Positions 46,871-54,946 of a stretch of 64,000 bases of DNA are shown one piece after another. Below the pieces are notes generated by a model that saw only the letters and a list, made by a program, of their open reading frames with translations, searched no databases and was not told the DNA's origin. The translations under genes were made by a program, and so were the position numbers. Within the stretch, counting starts at the first letter, position 1, and every line of letters begins with the position of its first letter. The stretch lies in contig CAVOUB010000004.1 in NCBI GenBank assembly GCA_963699495.1, forward strand, positions 4,865 through 68,864, read 5' to 3'. Source of the stretch: an uncultured Actinomycetes bacterium (GTDB lineage Bacteria > Actinomycetota > Thermoleophilia > Gaiellales > Gaiellaceae).

Positions 46871-47537
46871 ATGGCACTGGCCGAACGCCTGGACGAGATC
46901 GTGCGCGGGCTACCCCGCGACTGGGAGCGCGCCCGCCTCGACCTCACCGTCGAGGAGCCCGGCGACGCCGACCGCGCGGCGCTGATCCTCGCCCCCGCGA
47001 CACCGGGGCGATCCGGCACCGCCGTTCGCCCTCTACGTCCACGACGGCACGCGGGGCCTGTCCCCGTCACCGGGGCTCGCCCGGCGCGTGCTCGCGCGAC
47101 TCGACGAGGCGGGCATCAAGGGGCGCGTGCGGCTCGTGGAGCACGAGCGGCCCGCCGCGCAACCGGCGGCTGCTGCCCCCGCAGCCGGGGAACAGCCGAC
47201 CCTCGCAGGCTCCTGGGACGCGCTCGTCCGCCGCCTGCCCTCCGACTGGAGCGACCTCTACGCCGAGCTCGAGCTCGATTCCACGGACTACCTCGACCGG
47301 GGCGCGCTCCTGCTCGCGCCGATCAACCCCGCCCGCGCGGGCGGGCCGGCCAGCTTCCGCTTCCGGGCGGCCAACCGGAAGGGCTACGGCGTCGCGCCGG
47401 TGATGGCCCGCCGTTCCTTCGAGCGGCTGGACAACGAAGGGCTGACCGGCCGCCTCCGCGTCCTCCGCGTCCTCTCCGACACGAACGCCCCTTTCTCGCA
47501 GGGGCCCGTGTGGCGAGTGGGCGGACGCGCCGTGTGA
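46871..47537 (+). pseudogene. hypothetical protein built from two ~105-aa internal repeats; reading frame broken at about 47015-47024
   Basis: Repeat 1 (LAERLDEIVRGLPRDWERARLDLTV...ALILAP / FALYVHDG...ARRVLARLDEAGIKGRVRLV) parallels repeat 2 (WDALVRRLPSDWSDLYAELELDS...ALLLAP / FRFRAANR...ARRSFERLDNEGLTGRLRVL). Repeat 1 is split between two frames. Confidence 0.6.
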
Positions 47538-47871
47538 CCGAGCCCGAGCCAGCGCCGCAGGTCTCCTGGAAGGTCCTCGAGCACGGCGCCGTCGTAGTCA
47601 CCGCCGACGGCTCCGAGGCGGCCAAGGTCGTCGAGGTCGCCGGTGACCGCGCGCTCGACATCTTCAGCGGCCTCGTCGTCACGTTCGGGCCCGCTCGACG
47701 GGAAGCGCTACCTCCCGGCGGAGCATGTCGTGGCCATCTGGCCACGCCGGGTCCAGGTCGACCTGACGCCGCGCTGAGATCGAGGGCCTGTCGCCCTATC
47801 AGGAGCCGGTGGTGAAACAGCTTCCGAAGGAGAGCTTCTTCAAGCGGCTGCGCCGCCGCCTCTTCGGCTAG
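47534..47871 (+). pseudogene. PRC-barrel/DUF2171-like small protein, split over three frames
   Basis: GTG 47534 overlaps the upstream stop as GTGA. Three coding-looking pieces lie in successive +1 frames: VLEHGAVVVTADGSEAAKVVEVAGDRALDIFSGLVVTFGP, then LDGKRYLPAEHVVAIWPRRVQVDLTPR, then EIEGLSPYQEPVVKQLPKESFFKRLRRRLFG*. Confidence 0.5.
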
Positions 47872-48358
47872 CCCGGCGCACCATGCCCAGCTGGATCGGG
47901 ACGAGCGGGAACACGGCGGCTTCGCGCAGGTAGAGCCGAGGCGAGCCGGGCGTCCGCGCGCCTTCGACGGAGACCTGCACGCCGGGGAGCAGGGAGCGAA
48001 AGAGGGCGCGCGCCCGCAGGCGGTGCCAGGAGGAGGTGACGACGACCACCTCGCGCACTCCCAGCTCACGTGCGTGCGCGGCCGCGTTCGCCGCGTTCTC
48101 GGCCGTGATGCGGGCGTCCGGGTCGCTGATGAGCGCCGTGGTCGAGCCGGGCCACGCACGGCGCATCAGCTCCGCCTCCGGGAGCCTGCCGGGCCGGCGT
48201 GACCAGCCGGACAGAAGAACGGCATCGCCGTCGCCGGCCAGGCCGGCCGCGTGCTCGAGTCGCGCGGCGCAGATCGGGTGGAGATCGCCGCCGCGCCCGT
48301 CGGAGTAGCCCAGGACGACGATGAGGCGCCGGACCCGCTCAGGCCCGGAGCTCGGCAC
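47840..48358 (-). CDS. DUF218 (YdcF/ElyC-like) domain protein
   Basis: LIVVLGYS...LLSGW...ITAENAANAA...VVVVTSSWHRLRA pattern. A GTG start at 48358 is inferred. Confidence 0.7.
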   Translation of the reverse strand: MPSSGPERVRRLIVVLGYSDGRGGDLHPICAARLEHAAGLAGDGDAVLLSGWSRRPGRLPEAELMRRAWPGSTTALISDPDARITAENAANAAAHARELGVREVVVVTSSWHRLRARALFRSLLPGVQVSVEGARTPGSPRLYLREAAVFPLVPIQLGMVRRASRRGGGAAA

Positions 48359-50633
48359 CGAACCTCTCCGCGAGCGCGGCGACGATGCGCTCGCGGATCG
48401 CGCGGGCGTCCTCGTCCGAGAGCGTGCGTTCCGGCGACTGGAAGGACACGTGCAGCGCCACCGACTTCCTGCCCGGCGGGATCGGCTCCCCTCGGTAGAC
48501 GTCGAAGATCGCCACATCGCGGAGCTCGGCGCCGGCCGCCTCCCTCGCGGCCGCGACGAGATCGCCGGCGAGGATGTCCTCGTCGACGACGAACGCCAGG
48601 TCCTGGTGCACGGCGGGAAAGCTGACGACGTCCTCGTACTCCACGCGCTCGGGAACCTGGTCGAACAGCGTGTCGAGGTCGAGCTCGAAGACTCCCCAGG
48701 AGCCCTCCAGGAGCGCCGGGTGAAGCTCGCCGAGCCAGCCGGCCTCCAGCTTCGCGGCCTTGCCGGGATGGAGGAACGGCAGCTGCGTCCGCTCGACGCG
48801 AAGCTCGATGCCGAGGGCCTCGTAGAGCGCCTCGACAGCGCCCTTCGCGCGCAGATAGCCGCCCTCGGCGATGGCGCCGAGCCGCCAGCGCTCGTTCGGA
48901 AGCTCTTCGCCGCTCGGGAGGTAGACGCGGGCGATCTCGAAGAGCGCGATGCCCTCGTTCCCGGCGGCCACGTTGTGCGCCGCGGCGGCGACGAGCCCCT
49001 CCAGCAGAGTCGTCCTGAGAACGCCGTGCTCCGACGTGAGCGGATCGGGGAGGCGAAGCGCCTCCGGCTCCAGGTCCCGGGCGACGAGGCTCAGCGTGTA
49101 GGCCTCGAAGAAGCCCGCGCCGACGAGCACGTCCTCCACGAGCCGCCGCAGGCGCTGGCTCTGCGAGAGCCGCCCGAACATGGCGCTCCTGAGCGGGAGC
49201 GTGAAGGGGATCTTCTCGAGCCCGTGGACCCGCGCGACCTCCTCGACGAGATCGATCTCGCGGGTGGCGTCGCGCATGCGCCAGGTGGGGACGTGGACGT
49301 CCCAGCCCGGGACGACGTCGAACCCGAGCCGTTCGAGGATGTCCTTCTGCTCCTGCTCCTCGATGTCGACCCCGATGATCCTGTTCGCACGGCTCGTCCG
49401 GTGGTGGACGACGGGCGGCTTCGGGAGCTCACCCTTGGCGTCGGTGTCCCCCGTCCAGCGCGCGCCGGTCAGCTCGACGATGAGCTGCGTGGCGAGCCGT
49501 GCGGCGTGCGGGGCCAGGTAGGGGTCCACTCCCTTCTCCCAGCGGTTCGACCCCTCGGTGCGGAGCGAGTGGCGCTCGGAGCTCCACAGGATCGTGCCCG
49601 GCTCGAAGTTCGCCGCCTCGAGGAGCACCGCGGTCGTCTGGTCGGTGACCTCGGTGTCGAGACCGCCCATGATCCCGGCGAACGCGACGGCCCGCTCGGC
49701 GTCGGCGATGACGAGGTCGGCGGGATCGAGCTTGCGGAGGTTGCCGTCGAGGCTGGTGAACTCCTCTCCGGGCCGCGCGCGGCGGACGACGATCCGCCCG
49801 CCGCGAAGCGTGTCGAAGTCGAACGCGTGCAGCGGGTTCCCGAGCGCGAGCATGACGTAGTTCGTCACGTCGACCACGTTCGAGATCGGGCGCATCCCGG
49901 CCGCGGTGAGGCGCGCCTTCAGCCACGGGGGCGACGGGCCGACCCGGACGTCGCGGAAGAGCCGCCCGATGTAGCGCGGGCAGCCCTCGTAGTCCTCGAT
50001 CGTCACCTCGGGGTGCTCCTCGCCGGCGAGCGGCGGATCCTCCCCCGGCATCGGCTTCAGCTCGGCCGCGAAGAGGGCGGCCACCTCGCGCGCGATCCCG
50101 TAGACGGAGAGGCAGTCGGGCCGGTTCCGCGTCACCTCGATCTCCAGCACCTCCTCCCCCAGCGGAAGGACGTCCCGAAGCGGCGTGCCCGGCTCCCAAG
50201 GCTCGGAGAGGACAAGGATCCCGGCGTGGTCGGCGCTGAGCTGCAGCTCGGATTCCGAGAGGATCATCCCGTCGGAGACCGCACCGCGCAGCTTCGCCCG
50301 CTCGAGCGTGCGGCCGTCGGGGAGCACCGCCCCAGGCAGGGCGACCGCGACGGTCGCGCCCTCGCCGAAGTTCCACGCGCCGCAGACGATCTGGCGCGGC
50401 TCGTCCTCGCCTACGTCCACACGGCAGAGCTGGAGCCGGTCGGCGTTCGGATGCTTCCCTGCCTCGACCACACGCCCGACGAGGTAGCGGCCGTGGTTGC
50501 CGTTCTCGTCGGCCACGCCGCGAAAGGAGATGCGCTCGACCTCGCCCGTGGCGATGGCGAGGCGGTCCGCGATCTCCCGCGTCGGCGCGTCGGGGTCGAC
50601 GTATTCGCGGAGCCAGGAGACCGGGATCTTCAT
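48339..50633 (-). CDS. pheT: phenylalanine--tRNA ligase beta subunit
   Basis: 764 aa. MKIPVSWLREYVD start, tRNA-binding OB domain, B3/4, B5 and FDX-ACB domains recognisable. Confidence 0.97.
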   Translation of the reverse strand: MKIPVSWLREYVDPDAPTREIADRLAIATGEVERISFRGVADENGNHGRYLVGRVVEAGKHPNADRLQLCRVDVGEDEPRQIVCGAWNFGEGATVAVALPGAVLPDGRTLERAKLRGAVSDGMILSESELQLSADHAGILVLSEPWEPGTPLRDVLPLGEEVLEIEVTRNRPDCLSVYGIAREVAALFAAELKPMPGEDPPLAGEEHPEVTIEDYEGCPRYIGRLFRDVRVGPSPPWLKARLTAAGMRPISNVVDVTNYVMLALGNPLHAFDFDTLRGGRIVVRRARPGEEFTSLDGNLRKLDPADLVIADAERAVAFAGIMGGLDTEVTDQTTAVLLEAANFEPGTILWSSERHSLRTEGSNRWEKGVDPYLAPHAARLATQLIVELTGARWTGDTDAKGELPKPPVVHHRTSRANRIIGVDIEEQEQKDILERLGFDVVPGWDVHVPTWRMRDATREIDLVEEVARVHGLEKIPFTLPLRSAMFGRLSQSQRLRRLVEDVLVGAGFFEAYTLSLVARDLEPEALRLPDPLTSEHGVLRTTLLEGLVAAAAHNVAAGNEGIALFEIARVYLPSGEELPNERWRLGAIAEGGYLRAKGAVEALYEALGIELRVERTQLPFLHPGKAAKLEAGWLGELHPALLEGSWGVFELDLDTLFDQVPERVEYEDVVSFPAVHQDLAFVVDEDILAGDLVAAAREAAGAELRDVAIFDVYRGEPIPPGRKSVALHVSFQSPERTLSDEDARAIRERIVAALAERFGAELRA

Positions 50634-50634
50634 C

Positions 50635-51630
50635 TCAGAACTGCCGCAGCACGCGGAGGTCGTTCTCCCAGAGGAGGCCGAGGGCGGGCAGGCCGTGGCG
50701 GAGCATGGCGACGCGCTCGAGGCCCATGCCGAACGCGAAGCCCGTCCACTCCTCCGGGTCCAGGCCGACGAACTCGAACAGCGCCGGGTCGACCATGCCC
50801 GAGCCGGCGATCTCGATCCACCCGGAGTAACGGCACACCGGACACCCCTGGCCCTCGCAGAGGAAGCAGCTGACGTCCGGCTCGAGCGACGGCTCCGTAA
50901 AGGGGAAGTCGTGCGTGCGGAAGCGCATCTCGCGCTCCTCGCCGAAGAGCGCGCGCATCATGTGCAGGAGCGTGCCCTTGAGGTCTGCCATGGTGAGGCC
51001 GCGGTCGACCGCGAGGCCCTCGACCTGGTGGAAGATCGGTGTGTGGGTCGCGTCTGGCGTGTCCCGGCGGTAGACGCGGCCGAGCGAGACCATGTAGATC
51101 GGCGGCGGCTGCGACTCCATGACCCGTATCTGCGACGGCGACGTCTCGGTCCGCAAGAGCACGTCGTCGGTCAGGAAGACCGACTGGAGCGGCGAACGGG
51201 CCGGGTGGTCGGCAGGGAAGTTGAGCGCGTCGAAGTTGTAGTGGGTCGTCTCGACCTCGCGGCCGTCCACGACCTGGTATCCGAGCCCGAGGAAGATGTC
51301 CTCCACCTCGCGACGGATCTGGGTGATCAGGTGGAGGTGGCCGCGCGGCCGCGACTCGCCCGGGAGCGTGATGTCCAGGACCTCCTCGGTGAGCCTGCGG
51401 TCGAGCTCGGCCCGCTCGAGCTCGACCTGGCGCTCGGCGACCGCCTCCTCGAGAGCCTGGCGCAGCGTGTTCAGCGTGCTGCCCGTCTCCGCGTCCCGAA
51501 CCTCGCGGAGCGCCTGCTTCAGCTCGCTCTTCCGGCCGAGGTAGCGAACGCGCGCGTCGTCGAGGTCGTCGAGCGTGGAAGCGCCCGCAATCGCGCTTCG
51601 CGCCTCGCTTTCCACGGCCTGCGCATCCAT
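50635..51630 (-). CDS. pheS: phenylalanine--tRNA ligase alpha subunit
   Basis: Class II motifs (HPARS..., FRTHDFPFTEPS, GSGMVDP...GFAFGMGLERV). Confidence 0.97.
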   Translation of the reverse strand: MDAQAVESEARSAIAGASTLDDLDDARVRYLGRKSELKQALREVRDAETGSTLNTLRQALEEAVAERQVELERAELDRRLTEEVLDITLPGESRPRGHLHLITQIRREVEDIFLGLGYQVVDGREVETTHYNFDALNFPADHPARSPLQSVFLTDDVLLRTETSPSQIRVMESQPPPIYMVSLGRVYRRDTPDATHTPIFHQVEGLAVDRGLTMADLKGTLLHMMRALFGEEREMRFRTHDFPFTEPSLEPDVSCFLCEGQGCPVCRYSGWIEIAGSGMVDPALFEFVGLDPEEWTGFAFGMGLERVAMLRHGLPALGLLWENDLRVLRQF

Positions 51631-51653
51631 CGCCGGAGCGTATCATCGGGTCC

Positions 51654-52355
51654 GTGAGCGCCTACGACGCAATCGCCGAGCTCTACGACCCGTGGAGCCG
51701 GACCGTCACAGAGGACATCGGCTTCTACGTCGCGGAGGCCCGCAAGGCCCAGGGCACCGTGGTGGAGCTCGGGGTCGGGACGGGGCGGATCGCCGTGCCC
51801 ATCGCGGCGGCGGGGGTTCCCGTGATCGGCGTCGACTCGTCGGCCGGGATGCTGGAGGTGTGCCGCCGGCGGGCGGAGGAGGCGGGGGTCGACCGCCTCC
51901 TGGACCTCCGGATCGGCGACCTGCGCGACCCGCCCGTGACAGAGCAGGTCCGGCTCGTCACTTCGCCGTTCCGCGCCCTGCTCCACCTGGAGACCGACGC
52001 CGAGCGGCGCCGGGCGCTGGCCTCGGCCCACCGGCTCCTGCTTCCCGGGGGTCGCCTCGTCTTCGACGTCTTCGCGCCGAGCATCGAAGACGTCGAGGAC
52101 ACCCACGACCGCTGGCTCGAGCGCGAGCCGGGCATCTGGGAGCTCGCGCACTGGGACCTCGAGCGCCGCGTCCTCACCCTGCGCCTGCGCGGCCCGGATA
52201 CCGAGACGTCACTCGACCTCGCCTGGCTCCCGGCCGAGGAGTGGCGTGGCCTCCTGGAGGACGCAGGCTTCGAGGTCGTCGCCTGCTACGGCTGGTTCGA
52301 CCTGCGCCCGTACGCCGGCGGCGAGGACTCCATCTGGCTCGCGCGGCGCCCCTGA
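51654..52355 (+). CDS. class I SAM-dependent methyltransferase
   Basis: Motif I VVELGVGTGRIAVPIA, post-I GVDSSAGML, and LLPGGRLVFD. Confidence 0.9.
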   Translation: MSAYDAIAELYDPWSRTVTEDIGFYVAEARKAQGTVVELGVGTGRIAVPIAAAGVPVIGVDSSAGMLEVCRRRAEEAGVDRLLDLRIGDLRDPPVTEQVRLVTSPFRALLHLETDAERRRALASAHRLLLPGGRLVFDVFAPSIEDVEDTHDRWLEREPGIWELAHWDLERRVLTLRLRGPDTETSLDLAWLPAEEWRGLLEDAGFEVVACYGWFDLRPYAGGEDSIWLARRP

Positions 52356-52362
52356 AGGCCAG

Positions 52363-52414
52363 GTCCCCGGCGGCCACGTCCGGGGTCTGACCCGGGACAC
52401 GGCTCTCTGGGGAC
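52363..52414. repeat. palindromic intergenic element related to the 21861/22019 elements
   Basis: GTCCCCGGcggccacGTCCGGGGTCTGACCCGGGACacggctctCTGGGGAC shares the CCGGGGTC(A/T)GACCC..GAC core with the other two copies. It lies between convergent genes. Confidence 0.4.
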
Positions 52415-52528
52415 GAAAGGTGAACGACGTTAGGGCAAGCGCCCGCCCGGCCGTGACAACGTTCCACAGGCGGTCGCTGCGGACATGCCCCGGAGGGGCG
52501 CGTCCGGGACAGTGGCCCGAAGGGACGG

Positions 52529-52915
52529 TTAGCGGCCCCAGCCTGGGTGCGGCTCGTGCTTGCCGTCCTCGACGTGCCAGTACTCACGGAGCTCCTCGCA
52601 GCGGCCGTCTTCGGCGAAGCGGAGGAGAAGGCTGCCCGGCAGCGTGATCCAGGCTCCCTCGTCTCGCATGATCGCCCACCACTCGACGACCGCCTTCGAC
52701 CCCTCGACGACCGGCTCCCCGAAGCGCAGGTCGAGCTCCTCCTGGGTCGAGGTGGCACGCGTCCAGTAGTCCCGAATCCCCTCCGACCCCCTGTGCGGCT
52801 CGCGGAACGGATGCGACCGATAGAGGGCGTCGTCGGTGAAGAGCGCGACAACCGCCTTCGGGTCGCGGTCCACCCAGGCGCGCCCGTACGCCGCGATCCA
52901 CTCCCTAGCGTTCAT
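52529..52915 (-). CDS. SnoaL/NTF2-like fold protein
   Basis: WIAAYGRAWVDRDPKAVVALFTDDALY...EWW pattern. ATG 52915 overlaps the trmH-family stop as ATGA. Confidence 0.75.
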   Translation of the reverse strand: MNAREWIAAYGRAWVDRDPKAVVALFTDDALYRSHPFREPHRGSEGIRDYWTRATSTQEELDLRFGEPVVEGSKAVVEWWAIMRDEGAWITLPGSLLLRFAEDGRCEELREYWHVEDGKHEPHPGWGR

Positions 52916-53637
52916 CTGTCCCTCCCCCTCCTCCATTCGTAGAGCGCGATCGCGCCCGCCGTTGCGACGTTGAGCGACTCCGCGCGGCCTCCCTGCGGGA
53001 TCGTCGCGGCGGCGTCCGAGGCCTCGAGCACGGCAACGGGCAGACCCTCCCGCTCGGCCCCGAGCACGAAGACAACCCGTTCCGGCAGCTCGAGCTCCGG
53101 GAGCGGCACGCCGTCGCGGGGGACGAGGGCGACGCGCGGCATGCCCTCGCCGTCCTCGAAGCGGCCGAGCGGAACTCGGAAGATCGAGCCGGCCGACGCA
53201 CGGACCGCCTTCGGCCCGGTTGGATCCCCAGAGCCGGCCGAGAGGAGGACGAACGCCGGCCCGAGTGCGTCCGCGGCCCGCAGGAGCGTGCCGAGGTTCC
53301 CGGGGTCGGCGACGCGCCAGAGCGCGAGACCGACCGGCAGGTCCAGGCCGCGCGGGAGGTCCGCCCGCCGGAAGACCGCGACGACCCTGGCCGGATGCGG
53401 GAGCGTCGAAAGCCCGGCCATGACGTCCGGCGCGACGAGCTCCGCACCGGGCAGCCGCTCGACGAGCGCAGGACGCTCCGCGTCCACAAGCGCTTCGACC
53501 GGCTCGAGGCCGGCGTCGAGACCCGCGGCCACCAGATCCTCGCCCTCGCAGGCGAAGAGCCCGAGCTTCTCGCGTTGGCGCCGCCCCTCGAGCTTGCGAA
53601 CGAGCTTGACCCGCGGATTGGCCGCGGACGTGATCAC
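52912..53637 (-). CDS. TrmH/SpoU-family RNA 2'-O-methyltransferase
   Basis: DPGNLGTLLRAADALG, VFVLGAEREGLP and ESLNVATAGAIALYE motifs. Its position after rplT is typical. Confidence 0.9.
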   Translation of the reverse strand: MITSAANPRVKLVRKLEGRRQREKLGLFACEGEDLVAAGLDAGLEPVEALVDAERPALVERLPGAELVAPDVMAGLSTLPHPARVVAVFRRADLPRGLDLPVGLALWRVADPGNLGTLLRAADALGPAFVLLSAGSGDPTGPKAVRASAGSIFRVPLGRFEDGEGMPRVALVPRDGVPLPELELPERVVFVLGAEREGLPVAVLEASDAAATIPQGGRAESLNVATAGAIALYEWRRGRDR

Positions 53638-53650
53638 GCCGCGCCCGGGG

Positions 53651-54010
53651 CTACGCTTCGAGCGCGGCCTTCGCCCGCTCGGCGATCTTCGTGAACGCGG
53701 CCGGGTCGTTGACCGCGATGTCGGCGAGCGCCTTCCGGTCGAGCTCGATCTCGGCTTTCCGGCAGCCCGCGACGAACTGGTTGTACGAGAGGCCCTCCTG
53801 GCGCGCGGCTGCGTTGATCCGCACGATCCAGAGCCGCCGGAAGACGCGCTTGCGCTTCTTGCGGTCGCGGTAGGCGTGGTTGTCGGCCTTCTGGACGGCC
53901 TCCTTGGCCTTCCGGTACGAGATCGAGCTCTGGCCGACGTAGCCCTTCGCGCGCTCGAGGACCTTGCGGCGCTTCTTGCGCGCGTGGACGGATCGCTTGA
54001 CGCGAGGCAT
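53651..54010 (-). CDS. rplT: 50S ribosomal protein L20
   Basis: [24 protein letters not shown]...[23 protein letters not shown]. Confidence 0.97.
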   Translation of the reverse strand: MPRVKRSVHARKKRRKVLERAKGYVGQSSISYRKAKEAVQKADNHAYRDRKKRKRVFRRLWIVRINAAARQEGLSYNQFVAGCRKAEIELDRKALADIAVNDPAAFTKIAERAKAALEA

Positions 54011-54029
54011 TCGCTTCCTCCTCCTACCT

Positions 54030-54224
54030 CTACCGCCCGAGCAGGCGCTTGACCTCGCGGACGTCGCTCTCGTCCACGGGCTGGTCGCTGCGGAACGCGC
54101 GGTGCCGCTTGGCGGACTTCTTCTCGAGATTGTGGCTCTGCATGGCATGGCGCCGCAGCACGCGGCCCGTGCCGGTGATCTTGAATCGCTTCTTCGCGGC
54201 TGAGTTCGTCTTCTGCTTAGGCAC
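54030..54224 (-). CDS. rpmI: 50S ribosomal protein L35
   Basis: [27 protein letters not shown]... Confidence 0.95.
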   Translation of the reverse strand: MPKQKTNSAAKKRFKITGTGRVLRRHAMQSHNLEKKSAKRHRAFRSDQPVDESDVREVKRLLGR

Positions 54225-54798
54225 TTTGCGTTGCTCCCACTTCTCGTCCGGCGTTTCTGTGCGGCGCCAGCACCATGACCATGTTGCGTCCGTCCTGGAG
54301 CGGCGGCGACTCGATCGTCCCGAGCTCCTTCACGTCATCGGCCAGTCGCATGAGCAGGTCGCGCCCGCGCTCCGGATGCGTCTGCTCGCGGCCTCGAAAC
54401 ATGATCGTCACCTTCACCTTCGCCCGGTTGCCCAGGAACCTCGCGACGTGGCCCTTCTTCGTCTCGTAGTCGTGGACGCCGATCTTGGGGCGGAGCTTGA
54501 TCTCCTTGACCTGGATCTGAGACTGGTGCTTCCTCGCGGTCTTGGCCTTCTGCTCCTGCTCGTACTTGTACTTGCCGTAGTCCATGATCCGGGCCACCGG
54601 CGGGTCGGCGCTCGCCGCGACCTCGACCAGGTCCAGATCCTTGGAGTAGGCGTACTCGAGCGCCTCGGCCGTCGGCTTGATGCCGACCTGCGAGCCGTCC
54701 GAGTCGACGAGTCTCACGCGCGGGACACGGATGGACTCGTTGATCCGAGTCGTGTCCTGCTGCGGCCTGGCCTGCTCGAACCTGCGCCGCGGCCTCAC
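54217..54798 (-). CDS. infC: translation initiation factor IF-3
   Basis: [23 protein letters not shown]...DLVEVA...[20 protein letters not shown] 54798 is the only canonical in-frame start. Confidence 0.9.
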   Translation of the reverse strand: MRPRRRFEQARPQQDTTRINESIRVPRVRLVDSDGSQVGIKPTAEALEYAYSKDLDLVEVAASADPPVARIMDYGKYKYEQEQKAKTARKHQSQIQVKEIKLRPKIGVHDYETKKGHVARFLGNRAKVKVTIMFRGREQTHPERGRDLLMRLADDVKELGTIESPPLQDGRNMVMVLAPHRNAGREVGATQSA

Positions 54799-54946
54799 TG
54801 AAACGTCACCAAGTTGTGCGACTTCCTCCTCTTAGAACAATGAAAAGCTGCACGCAGGCAGCCCGTCAATTCCCCGATTCGGTTGAACCCCCGATGAGCT
54901 GGAAGCTCCGGAGGTGAGGAAACAAACGACGCTCCTGCTTGCAGGC

